Source of the DNA: a virus
Lineage: Duplodnaviria; Caudoviricetes
DNA: 57,100 nucleotides
IMG/VR virus record: IMGVR_UViG_3300043540_000139
Coordinates: 1-57,100 of that record
Strand: one strand, 5' to 3'
The position numbers and the translations under genes were made by a program. Positions 39,774 to 49,506 of this stretch are shown one piece after another (within the stretch, counting starts at the first letter, position 1; the number at the start of each line of letters is the position of its first letter). Under the pieces are notes generated by a model. It worked only from the letters and a program-made list of their open reading frames with translations. It was not told the DNA's origin and ran no database searches.

Positions 39774-40526
39774 ATGCCAGTTACCCAAGTAAGAGGATAT
39801 AATGTAGTTCCGGGTGTTATTGATAATGCCTCTATGTTGATATTAACAAGTAATTGGATTTATTATCCAGAATCTGCTTCTGCTTGGAATTTCACTGTAG
39901 GCAATCAATTTATTTCTCAAACTACAACTGCTGCACCATTTGTTGTAAGTTCAACAAGTTTAGTAACTAATTTGAACGCACAATATATCAATGGTGTTTC
40001 TTTGTCATCTATTACGGCACAATCAACTTGGGGACAAATTTCTGGAACATTATCGGCACAATCAGATTTGTGGATTCAACTACAAGCCAGAAGTTTAACA
40101 TCTCACACACATACTTCATTCAGTAATAACATATCTATTATTGGTAACTTATCAGCAAATAATATTTATACTAATGGACAATTTATAAGTAGTGTTTCTG
40201 ATGGAACTGCCCCATTGGTAATAAGTTCTACAAGTGTTGTAAACAATTTAAATGCAAAATATCTTGATGGTTATTCAATTTCATCTTTGTTGTCACAATT
40301 TGTAAGATTAGAAAAACCAAGTGGATTAGTCAATGGAATTAATTTCACTTATACAATTACAGGTGGAACATTATTGACTTCCACAGAAACAGTTTATTAT
40401 AATGGTATTGCATTAGATCCAAATGATGACTATTCAATATCCGGACAAGTCATTACGCTTTTATTAGCAAGAGCACCCAACAATGGTGATAAAGTTCGTG
40501 TTAGTTATTTTAAACAGGTAACATAA
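39774..40526 (+). CDS. Tail fibre/virion structural protein
   Basis: Two GxQFIS...APxVxSSTSxVxNLNAxYxxG repeats; C-terminal EKPSG...VYYNG...DYSISG...GDKVRVSY beta domain; TATAAATA at 39747. Confidence 0.75.
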   Translation: MPVTQVRGYNVVPGVIDNASMLILTSNWIYYPESASAWNFTVGNQFISQTTTAAPFVVSSTSLVTNLNAQYINGVSLSSITAQSTWGQISGTLSAQSDLWIQLQARSLTSHTHTSFSNNISIIGNLSANNIYTNGQFISSVSDGTAPLVISSTSVVNNLNAKYLDGYSISSLLSQFVRLEKPSGLVNGINFTYTITGGTLLTSTETVYYNGIALDPNDDYSISGQVITLLLARAPNNGDKVRVSYFKQVT

Positions 40527-40529
40527 TAA

Positions 40530-43500
40530 ATGCCAACAAAAATTACACAACAACAAATTGGTGACCAACAAATCACAAAATCCAACTTAAACTTAACAGG
40601 AGTAGGAGAATCTGTTATTACAAGTTTAAGTGCTGGTTCTGGAATTGCTATTACTTATACCGGTGCTGATTATGGCACTGGTTTAGTTACTGTATCTGTT
40701 ACTTCAAATTATTCTGGTATTAGTGGATATTCTGGATTAAGTGGATATTCTGGATTAAGTGGACAAGGTTATTCTGGTTATAGTGGCTTATCTGGTGCTT
40801 CTGGATTTAGTGGAACTTCTGGAATAAGTGGTTTTAGTGGACAGTCAGGATATTCTGGTTATTCTGGTTATAGTGGAGAAATTGGTGCTGGTATTCAATA
40901 TTGGGATAGATTGTCTTCTACTGCAACAACATTAAGTAATACTGCTGATTATGTTGGTGTTGGTATAATAAATCCAACAGATAAGTTTCATGTTTGGGGA
41001 AACGATACATCCCCAACATATCCTTCAAACGCTCCACAAAAAAATAGTATAATAATTGATGGACCTACTGCTGCTGATAAAAATTTTGTTATTAACGATG
41101 ATGGCTCTGGTAAATGGGCAATGCAAACATATAGAGATGAATCCGGACAATATTTTTATTTATATAATTTTGAAACAGAAAAAGAAGTTTAAGTATGGTC
41201 ACAAAATGGAAGACAGGGAATAAATAAACAAAGTAATATTTTAAATTATCATAATAATTATTTAGGTATTGTTGATATTGGTTTAGATGATTTACATGTT
41301 GGTGGAATATTTACAGGACCAAAACAAATATTATATGAAATTCAAATAACATCAGTTACTGGAACAAATGATAAATTCCAATGGAGAAAATCTATAGATA
41401 ATGGTTTGTCTTGGAGTAATTATTCTTCTGAATTTTCTGTTGGAAATTTATATAACCCAATTGCAATTGATTATGGTGTTGAAGTATCTTGGGAAAGTAT
41501 AACCGGACATGATACGTCTAATGTTTGGCAATTTACAGCGTTCCCACAATTACCACAAGGAACATTAACAATTGCTCCTCCTTTGTTTGATGAGGTTCAA
41601 ATGACATCAGATTATTCATTGATATCAGCAGATTTTAGAGATTTAACTTATACTTTAAATTCTACAACAATTGATGGAGAATTTTTCCCAACCGGAACTT
41701 TGGGAGCAATTTATATTGCAAGTAATCGTATGTTCCGTTCTACCTTTGTTGTATTGGAATCTGCTGGTGTTGGTTTTACTTTGGTAGCAGAATATTGGAA
41801 TGGTTCATTTTGGACTACTTTGAATGTTTTTGATGAAACAAATAATTTTTCAAAGTCTGGAAATATTACTTGGGATCCCCCTTCTGATTGGGTTAAAAAT
41901 GTTCCAGATGGAATGGACCCAAATTATTACTATTATTGGATAAGATATAGAACTTCAACTAATGTTACAGTATCACCAATCATTAATGCTTTTATACCAA
42001 ATGGTAGTTATAGATTTGCAGTTTATTCTGCACACTTTGATACACATCCTTCATTTTTAATTTCTCCAGATGGCAAAATGAAACAATATGGAAAATTTCA
42101 ATATATTGATGGGACACAAGGATTAAATAAAGTATTAGTTTCAGATACCGAAGGTGTTGCTTCTTGGCAATCTATATCAGGTATTAGTGGATATAGTGGA
42201 ACGAGTGGTATTTCTGGTTATTCTGGTTATTCGGGAGTTTCTGGATTTAGTGGAACGAGTGGTATTTCTGGTTATTCTGGTTATTCGGGAGTTTCTGGAT
42301 TTAGTGGAACATCTGGTATTTCAGGTTATAGTGGAACAAGTGGGTTTTCTGGAACAAGTGGAATCTCTGGTTATTCTGGAACATCTGGTTGGAGTGGGGT
42401 TTCTGGATTTAGTTCTGTTTCAACAACTGCTGGAAATTTTGGAATAACAATTGATGGTGCTGGAAGTGCAATTACTACCGGAGCAAAAGGTTGGATACAA
42501 ATTCCTTATAATGCAACCATTACTTCTTGGTATTTATTTGGAGACCAAACAGGAAGTATTGTTATTGATGTTTGGAAAAATACTTATTGTGTAGATACAG
42601 AAACAGAAGCGTTAACAAAAAATGGGTGGAAGAATTATAAAAATTTGATAATTGGTGAAGAAATTTTAACATATAATGTTGAATCTAAAAAAACAGAATG
42701 GAAAAAAATAGAACAAATTAATATATTTAATTATAATGGTGTTATGTATAAACTTGGTGGGAAACAATTTGGAGCATTAGTTACACCAAATCACAGATGG
42801 TTAGTTGAAACTTTGCATGGTAGAAAAAATACAAAAGTATCGTATAGTATAATAGAAACAAAAGATTTATCAAAATCTTCTTCACAATCTTTAATTATTG
42901 GTAGTGAATATGATGCACCAATAACTAAAAAATATTCCGATGAGTTTGTAAGAATATGTGCTTGGTATTATACCAAAGGTTCTTTAAAATCAAAAGAAAA
43001 ATCAATAATTATTACACAAAGTTTTAAAGAAAATTTAAAATATTGTTTGGAAATTGAAGAAAATTTAAAATTAATTGGTTGTAAAGAAATAGAAAATAGA
43101 AAAGACAGTGTTGTTACAAAAAGAATAGGGAAACGAGGTAGTGTAAGAAGAAAAAATTTATGGTTTAGAAAAGAAGTGAAAATAAAATCTAATTGTTTTA
43201 ATTGGGTTATAACTGGCGAAGATGTTGATTTAATAACAAATTGTATAAAAGGAGAGAAAAGAATTCCAACTATGGAATTTTTACTGAACTTAACCAAAGA
43301 ACAACTTGATATTTTTATTGAAATTTCTATTATTGGAGATGGTATTGATAATACTGGAATGTTTACACAATGTAATCAAGACAGAATGGATATGTTTCAG
43401 ATAGCAAGAATTTTGGCTGGGTATTCTCCAAAATTAGATAAAAACAAAAATTGTTGTTTAAGAAGACGTAGAAATAAAAATATAAAAAAACTAAACAAAA

Positions 43501-43817
43501 TATATTTGAACAGTTTAGATAAAAAAATTGTAAATTATACTGGGGATGTATGGTGTCCAACCGTTGAAAATAGTTTGTGGATGGCAAGAAGAAATGGTAA
43601 AACTTTTATTACTGGTAATTCAAATTATCCTCCAACTGTTACTGATACAATTTGTGGAACACAAAAACCAACATTAAGTTCAGCAACAAAAAATAGTAAT
43701 ACATCATTAACATCTTGGACAACTTCAATTGCTTCTGGTGATATTATAAAATTCAATGTTGATAGTTGTAATGTTATAACAAAAGCGACATTATGTATTA
43801 ATGTTATAAAAACATAA
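40530..43817 (+). CDS. Fibre-like virion protein with Ser-Gly-X repeats and an intein; one in-frame TAA at 41190-41192
   Basis: ORFs 40530-41192 and 41406-43817 share a frame and the 71 codons between them are open. C-terminal GITIDGAGSAITTG...IDVWKNTY|SNYPPTV domain. Confidence 0.75.
40713..40877 (+). repeat. (Ser-Gly-X)n collagen-like triplet tract 1
   Basis: SGISGYSGLSGYSGL... Confidence 0.85.
42177..42410 (+). repeat. (Ser-Gly-X)n tract 2 including an exact 54-bp tandem duplication
   Basis: 42194-42247 is identical to 42248-42301 (SGTSGISGYSGYSGVSGF x2). Confidence 0.85.
42588..43619 (+). mobile_element. Intein (344 aa) with degenerate LAGLIDADG domain in the fibre protein
   Basis: CVDTETEALTKNGWK, VTPNHRW, SIIGDG, VWCPTVENSLWMARRNGKTFITGN|S. 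Confidence 0.88.
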
Positions 43818-43850
43818 TATTTATTATATATAATAAAGGAGATTTAAAAA

Positions 43851-46010
43851 ATGGCAAAAAGAGTAGCAGAATATTTGTTTACTGGTTCAACAACATCTTA
43901 TTCGGTAAGTGGTGTTGGTTATAATTCAGCAGTAACAAATATGGGAAATTTAATACAACAATTTACTGGTATAACACCAACAGATAATTGGGCTGGTCCA
44001 TTGCCAGTTTCGGTAGGAAGACCGATGGAAGCATCAACTGCAATTCCTGTAATGTATCCGATGGCTATAAGATGGAGTTCAACTTTGGATTGGGTATTCT
44101 TTATAGAAAACTCTACAGCAGCATCTGCTTCAAGAAGAATTGTTTTATATACTTATAATAGAACTAATGGAGCATTTACTTGGATTGGATTTATTACTGC
44201 AACTTTGCCAACTGCAACAGCACATACAATTCGTGGATTTAGAGTAACTTATGATACATACTCTACTGGAACTGTTGGAACAGGTGGAACACCATCAACA
44301 ACAATTACCGGAACAGGAACATTATGGGTTGATAATAGAATTAGTGTTGGTTCAAGAATTGGATTTGGCTCAACAAACCCCACAGAAATTTCAGCATCAA
44401 ACTGGTTTATAATTTCTGCTGTTTCTGCCAATGGAACTATTACAATTACTAACCCTGCTACTGTTGCAAACGGAACTTCTTATGTCATTGAAGAATTGAG
44501 AACCATTATTGTTACTACAAATGCAACTGCTGGTAATGGTGGAATGTTTATTGTTAAAGGATTAAATTATTCAGACTTTACAGTTGGTGGAACTACAATT
44601 TCTGCAGCAACAACAACAGATAAACTAAAAGCATGTTATTGGATGCGTGATGCTGCAACATTATCAAATACTGCTGCGTGTGGTTTAGCAATGGAACCTA
44701 AAAGTAGTTTATCAACACAACTTGTATATATAATTGATGGAACAGCATCTCCAAAAGTTTATAAATATAATATTAGAGATAGTTTAACAGGATTATCTTC
44801 TGGTGGAACTTCTGCTGGTTTTTGGTTTGCAACAGGAACACAATTAGCAACAGGAACATTATCACAGGTTAATAACGGAAGATTTGGTTCTGTGAATCAT
44901 GGACCTTGGGCAACTTCTGCTGGATTATGGTTTGCAACAACAACAAGAATATATTTCGCTTTAACCGGAAATATTACTGCTGGTAATAATTCATGGTTTT
45001 CTGGTTCTATGGTTGAAATACCACCATCGGGAACTGCTACAATTCAAGCGGGTTCTGTTATGAATAGTGTAGAAATTTCAGATAGTATTGATAGATTAGT
45101 TGTAATGACAACTGGTGCTGGTGGTGTTAGAAGTTATATTACACAATTTAATACTTCTTCAAATCCATTTGACCATATATTTTTAAATGATGATAAACAA
45201 CTTGATCAATCAACAGGTTCAACAGGAACACCATTACATGCAAGTATTCAAGCATCTACATTTTCTGTTTGGGCAGAAGGAGGTATTTTATATCTTGCAA
45301 GAAACCAAACAACAGCAAACCAAAATCAAATATATACAATTCCAATTGGAGCACATTGGACTTATGCTGGTGCTACTGGTAATTTACAAAGATTAATTAC
45401 CGCAGAAATTTTAACACCGAATTGTAATAAATATTATAGGGTTTATGTAAATTCAGCAAAATATATTGGTGATGATACGTTAGGATTACAACCAGAACCA
45501 TTTAAAACATATTATAGGACTGCCGGAATAAGTGATGATACTGGTTCTTGGACATTAATAAATAATGCTGGAGATATTTCTGGAGTGGCTGGTGCATCAT
45601 CAATTCAATTTATGTTTGAATTCAAAACAATTGGGACTTATTGTATTCCAGCAAGAATTTATGGTATATCAGTTATATATGAAGACCAAACAACTGATAG
45701 TCATTTCCAACCTTCGGTTGGACAGTCAAGCACAACAAATAAAATATTTGCTTGGAGATTTAGCACAGCATTTGGAAGCACAGTTCCTACTTTATATATA
45801 AAATTATATGATGCTGTAACAAATGGAGTTTTATTAACTGATGATACTGTAAGTTCTAGTAGTGGTATTTGGGAAAAATCTACTGATGGTGGAATCAATT
45901 GGACAACCACAGGTTTAACAGCAGATAAGACAAATAATACAACATATATAAGATATACACCAACAACTCTTGGTGATAATATTAGAGTTCGTGCTTTATT
46001 AACTCAATAA
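43851..46010 (+). CDS. Large T/S/G-rich virion structural protein
   Basis: 719 aa, beta-rich, TITGTGTLW-type fibre motif, AGGAG RBS. Confidence 0.7.
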   Translation: MAKRVAEYLFTGSTTSYSVSGVGYNSAVTNMGNLIQQFTGITPTDNWAGPLPVSVGRPMEASTAIPVMYPMAIRWSSTLDWVFFIENSTAASASRRIVLYTYNRTNGAFTWIGFITATLPTATAHTIRGFRVTYDTYSTGTVGTGGTPSTTITGTGTLWVDNRISVGSRIGFGSTNPTEISASNWFIISAVSANGTITITNPATVANGTSYVIEELRTIIVTTNATAGNGGMFIVKGLNYSDFTVGGTTISAATTTDKLKACYWMRDAATLSNTAACGLAMEPKSSLSTQLVYIIDGTASPKVYKYNIRDSLTGLSSGGTSAGFWFATGTQLATGTLSQVNNGRFGSVNHGPWATSAGLWFATTTRIYFALTGNITAGNNSWFSGSMVEIPPSGTATIQAGSVMNSVEISDSIDRLVVMTTGAGGVRSYITQFNTSSNPFDHIFLNDDKQLDQSTGSTGTPLHASIQASTFSVWAEGGILYLARNQTTANQNQIYTIPIGAHWTYAGATGNLQRLITAEILTPNCNKYYRVYVNSAKYIGDDTLGLQPEPFKTYYRTAGISDDTGSWTLINNAGDISGVAGASSIQFMFEFKTIGTYCIPARIYGISVIYEDQTTDSHFQPSVGQSSTTNKIFAWRFSTAFGSTVPTLYIKLYDAVTNGVLLTDDTVSSSSGIWEKSTDGGINWTTTGLTADKTNNTTYIRYTPTTLGDNIRVRALLTQ

Positions 46011-46036
46011 AATAAAAAAGAAAGGATTATTATATT

Positions 46037-46216
46037 ATGGCAATTCATTTGGAAAAAGGACAACCTTTAAAGGAACATAATGACTTAATAGTATTTCTTT
46101 CAGGTGATTATGAAGAGAATGATTTAGTTTTAGTTGCAAATATTAAAAACCCAGAAGAAGCAATTTGTCAATATGAAGCAAAATATATTGCTTATGGGAA
46201 CGAGGTATATCAATAA
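46037..46216 (+). CDS. Small hypothetical protein (59 aa)
   Basis: AAGGA RBS; TAATG coupling with the next gene. Confidence 0.5.
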   Translation: MAIHLEKGQPLKEHNDLIVFLSGDYEENDLVLVANIKNPEEAICQYEAKYIAYGNEVYQ

Positions 46217-46401
46217 TGGCATTAGATGATGTAAATTTCAATGAAGGAGATGGACAAGATTTTATTGTTGAAATTCCAACCGAAACTTCACATTCTGCCT
46301 TGGATATTTTATTTGAAACTGATGGTGCTTGTTTAATTCTTGAAACACCATTAATTACTCCGGGTGCTGGTGGTGAAACCAGTCACGTTTTCGTATCTTA
46401 A
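46216..46401 (+). CDS. Small acidic protein
   Basis: 61 aa ending GGETSHVFVS. Confidence 0.55.
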   Translation: MALDDVNFNEGDGQDFIVEIPTETSHSALDILFETDGACLILETPLITPGAGGETSHVFVS

Positions 46402-46523
46402 TTTATATTATAATTTTTATAATAAAAGTAAATGAACAAATAAGTGAAAATTTTGCAGCATATAATTTTGCAACAGAACCCCCAGAAAGAATATCTGGGT
46501 TAAATTTTACATATAATATTTTT

Positions 46524-46868
46524 GTGAATGGTTTAACATCAAATGTTCCAGTTGTTATTCAAGAAACAACAGTAACAGGAGTATATTCAATTACATTTAC
46601 GCCAAGTTCAACTGGTGTTTGGTTTGTAGAGATGACAAGTTCTTCGGCAGTAATGAACGCAGAATATTTTGTAGTAAGTAATGATATATCAGATTTTGTT
46701 GCATTATTGACAGACATTTATGATTCCAATTTTGGTAAATGGGAAATGACAAATAATCAACTTAAAATGTATAGAACTGGTGATAATTCTGTATTACAGA
46801 CATTCAACTTATTTGATATTAATGGTAATCCATCATTAACAGGAGTTACCAGAAGGATTCCGGTATGA
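46524..46868 (+). CDS. Putative virion Ig-like protein (start uncertain)
   Basis: GVYSITFTP..GVWFV and GKWEM...LQTFNLFD; the frame is open upstream to about 46400 without ATG. Confidence 0.55.
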   Translation: MNGLTSNVPVVIQETTVTGVYSITFTPSSTGVWFVEMTSSSAVMNAEYFVVSNDISDFVALLTDIYDSNFGKWEMTNNQLKMYRTGDNSVLQTFNLFDINGNPSLTGVTRRIPV

Positions 46869-47224
46869 GTATTATAACTTATGGTTTAGATCCAACGATT
46901 AATAGCAAATTAGTTACATTGGGATATGGTCTTGAAATTTCCGTAGAAGTTATAATCACAGAAATTCCTCATGTTGGTGGTGGTAGAACTTTCAGACCAA
47001 AAAGAAAAAAGATTACAATGAAGTTCAGAGCACCCGGAGAAGAAGATTATCAATTTGTAAGTTTTTTTGAAGATGAAGATGAAGATTTAATGGAAAAAGA
47101 TGAATTGAAATTATTATTCACAAATGTTAGAAGTAAGGAAGATTTAAAAATATTTATTGTAGATAACATTAAAAAGAAACCTAATGGTTTTAAATTCACT
47201 ATTAAAGATGGGGAATTTAAATGA
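46865..47224 (+). CDS. Hypothetical protein
   Basis: 119 aa, ATGA overlap with the previous gene. Confidence 0.55.
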   Translation: MSIITYGLDPTINSKLVTLGYGLEISVEVIITEIPHVGGGRTFRPKRKKITMKFRAPGEEDYQFVSFFEDEDEDLMEKDELKLLFTNVRSKEDLKIFIVDNIKKKPNGFKFTIKDGEFK

Positions 47225-47823
47225 AACTTGATATCAGTGAAAAACAATTAGTTGAATTTGACATTGAAATTGAAGGTGCGGATTCAAAAGAAATAAAGCC
47301 AAGACTTATGTTACACGATAAAAATTATACTTTATGTTTTGAAGGTGTATTGAAAAACAAAAAATGTATTTTCAATATTCCTAAATTGTATAATATTGTA
47401 AAAAATGAATCTGTCGCATCTGATATTGAAGTAATTTATAATGGGAAGTTTTATAAACCTTGGAGTGCTACAATTGATATTGAAAAACCAGTTGTATTCA
47501 ATGTTAAAGAAAACAATGAACCTAAAATCAAAACAGAAGCAACTCCATTCAAAGTAAATAAAAGTGCTGTAAAAATATCAAAAATACCAAAGGGTTTAAT
47601 CAAAGAAGAAGCAAATGAAAAAGCAAAACAATTAGTAAGAGAATTTATTAAGATGTGGAAAGGATATAAAGTTAATGAACAAAAGAAAATGATGAAAGTA
47701 TTAAATCAAAACATTTCTGAAAAATGGATTAAATGGGGTAAGCAAGTATTTGAAGATATTAATAATCCAAAAGCAAAGTTTATATTGTCAGCATTATCAA
47801 CATTAAATAATACCGTAAAATAA
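47221..47823 (+). CDS. Hypothetical protein
   Basis: 200 aa; EVIYNGKFYKPW motif. Confidence 0.6.
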   Translation: MKLDISEKQLVEFDIEIEGADSKEIKPRLMLHDKNYTLCFEGVLKNKKCIFNIPKLYNIVKNESVASDIEVIYNGKFYKPWSATIDIEKPVVFNVKENNEPKIKTEATPFKVNKSAVKISKIPKGLIKEEANEKAKQLVREFIKMWKGYKVNEQKKMMKVLNQNISEKWIKWGKQVFEDINNPKAKFILSALSTLNNTVK

Positions 47824-48383
47824 TGAACAATCTTAAATCAATTGCATTGAATATATTGAACGAAACACCAGATTATGTTTATGTTCGGGGTTCAAAAAAA
47901 GGATTGGAATATACTGATCGTGATGCTTATACTTTTGGTTATAGATTTGAATTCAAACCAGAAAATTTTAAGATGGAAAACAAATCAACCCATTGGGATA
48001 TATTTCATACCGAAAGAGTTCCTTATTCAGGTAGGTTATGGAAGAATTCAAAATTAATTACTTTTTGGAGTTATCCGGAAACAACTGAAATATTAAGACA
48101 GATTATAAAGGATATTAATATGTATGCTTTGGAACATAAAATGATGCTTACAGTAACTTCATCTTGGCGAATAGAAGAAGTGGTTGAAAGATTAACTGGT
48201 AAAGTGATAACTCCATTCAATAGGGACAATTATCCAATAGATATTATTAAGATATCACAAAATATGCGTTATGGTAATTATTATTCATTAACAACCAATC
48301 CTGAATATAGACATTCTGAATATAGATTAGAAGTAGTTCCTATTAATGATTATTTAAAACCATTCAAAGGGGAATGGGAATAA
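47823..48383 (+). CDS. Leader-bearing hypothetical protein
   Basis: MNNLKSIALNILNE|TPD...SGRLWK..KLITFWSYP. Confidence 0.65.
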   Translation: MNNLKSIALNILNETPDYVYVRGSKKGLEYTDRDAYTFGYRFEFKPENFKMENKSTHWDIFHTERVPYSGRLWKNSKLITFWSYPETTEILRQIIKDINMYALEHKMMLTVTSSWRIEEVVERLTGKVITPFNRDNYPIDIIKISQNMRYGNYYSLTTNPEYRHSEYRLEVVPINDYLKPFKGEWE

Positions 48384-48417
48384 ACAAATAAGGATAAAAG
48401 AAAAAGTGTAACATAAT

Positions 48418-48960
48418 ATGAATTCCCTTAAACAAATATATTATCAAATTCTAATTGAACAAAGAGTTTCAGATTTGGAAAAGGCAGAACAGATTGCACT
48501 ACAAACACATTTTTGGCAATTTAGAAAATCAGGACAATCTTATTTAAATCATTTAATGAGAATTGTAAGAAGATGTAAAGCATTGGGTTATAACGAATAT
48601 ATTCAGGTTATAGCATTATTACATGATACTTTAGAAGACAGTAAATTTCCTCAAAAAACAAGGGAACTGATAAAGAAAAACTTTACTAATGGGAACGAAA
48701 TATTAAGACAAATAGAATATTTAACTCGTGATTATAATACAGACTATAATGAATTTGTTTTGAATATTTGGAAGAAAAGTCCCAATGTCGCTTTTAAAAT
48801 AAAGATGTTGGATATGTTAGATAATTTAATTGATAATCCCGAACCAGCACAAGAACAAAAATATAGGGAATCAATATTAAATTTATTAAACAATAAAGTT
48901 CCTATTGATTTGATACCAAAACAGATTTTAAATAAACTTCAAATACATAAAGGAATATAA
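48418..48960 (+). CDS. Small alarmone hydrolase (SpoT/Mesh1-like HD domain) with leader
   Basis: A..H..QFRKSGQSYLNH, IALLHDTLED, YLTR, KIKMLDMLDNL; leader MNSLKQIYYQILIE. Confidence 0.85.
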   Translation: MNSLKQIYYQILIEQRVSDLEKAEQIALQTHFWQFRKSGQSYLNHLMRIVRRCKALGYNEYIQVIALLHDTLEDSKFPQKTRELIKKNFTNGNEILRQIEYLTRDYNTDYNEFVLNIWKKSPNVAFKIKMLDMLDNLIDNPEPAQEQKYRESILNLLNNKVPIDLIPKQILNKLQIHKGI

Positions 48961-49289
48961 ATGAATACATTGAAAAATATAGCAAAAAAAGTTATATTAA
49001 AACAAGCAATCGGAACTGATAATTGAAGTGTTTGCTTATTTCAAAAATTATGATGAACAACCTTCAGCAAAGAAATTAAAAGAAAAATATCTATTCCTTA
49101 CAGATTTTAAAATTAAGGAATTACAAGAAAAATATCATTTGATTTGGAATTTTACATTACCTAATTCAAAAGGGTATAAATCCAAAGAAGAATTGAGTAG
49201 TAGATTTAGGTAAAATTATCCTTATCAACAGGTGAAAAGGATTGGCATTATTTCAGAATTAGTTTAAAAAATAAATTAGAAGAAGTATT

Positions 49290-49499
49290 ATGGTAGTATT
49301 ATTAGTGATAGTGACTTTTGTGATAGCAGTTGTAATTGATGTTATTTTCTTTAATATTAAAGAAAATAAGAAAGAAAAAGTATTAGTTCCTCAAACTAAA
49401 CCAGAATTTTTTTACACACCAGAATTGGGAATAACAATGACTGATGGTGGCGAACTTATCAAAGATGAAGATAAAAAAAAATTGAAAAAGGAACAATAA
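49290..49499 (+). CDS. Small single-TM protein
   Basis: MVVLLVIVTFVIAVVIDVIFF...ELGITMTDGG. Confidence 0.6.
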   Translation: MVVLLVIVTFVIAVVIDVIFFNIKENKKEKVLVPQTKPEFFYTPELGITMTDGGELIKDEDKKKLKKEQ

Positions 49500-49506
49500 C
49501 AACAAA

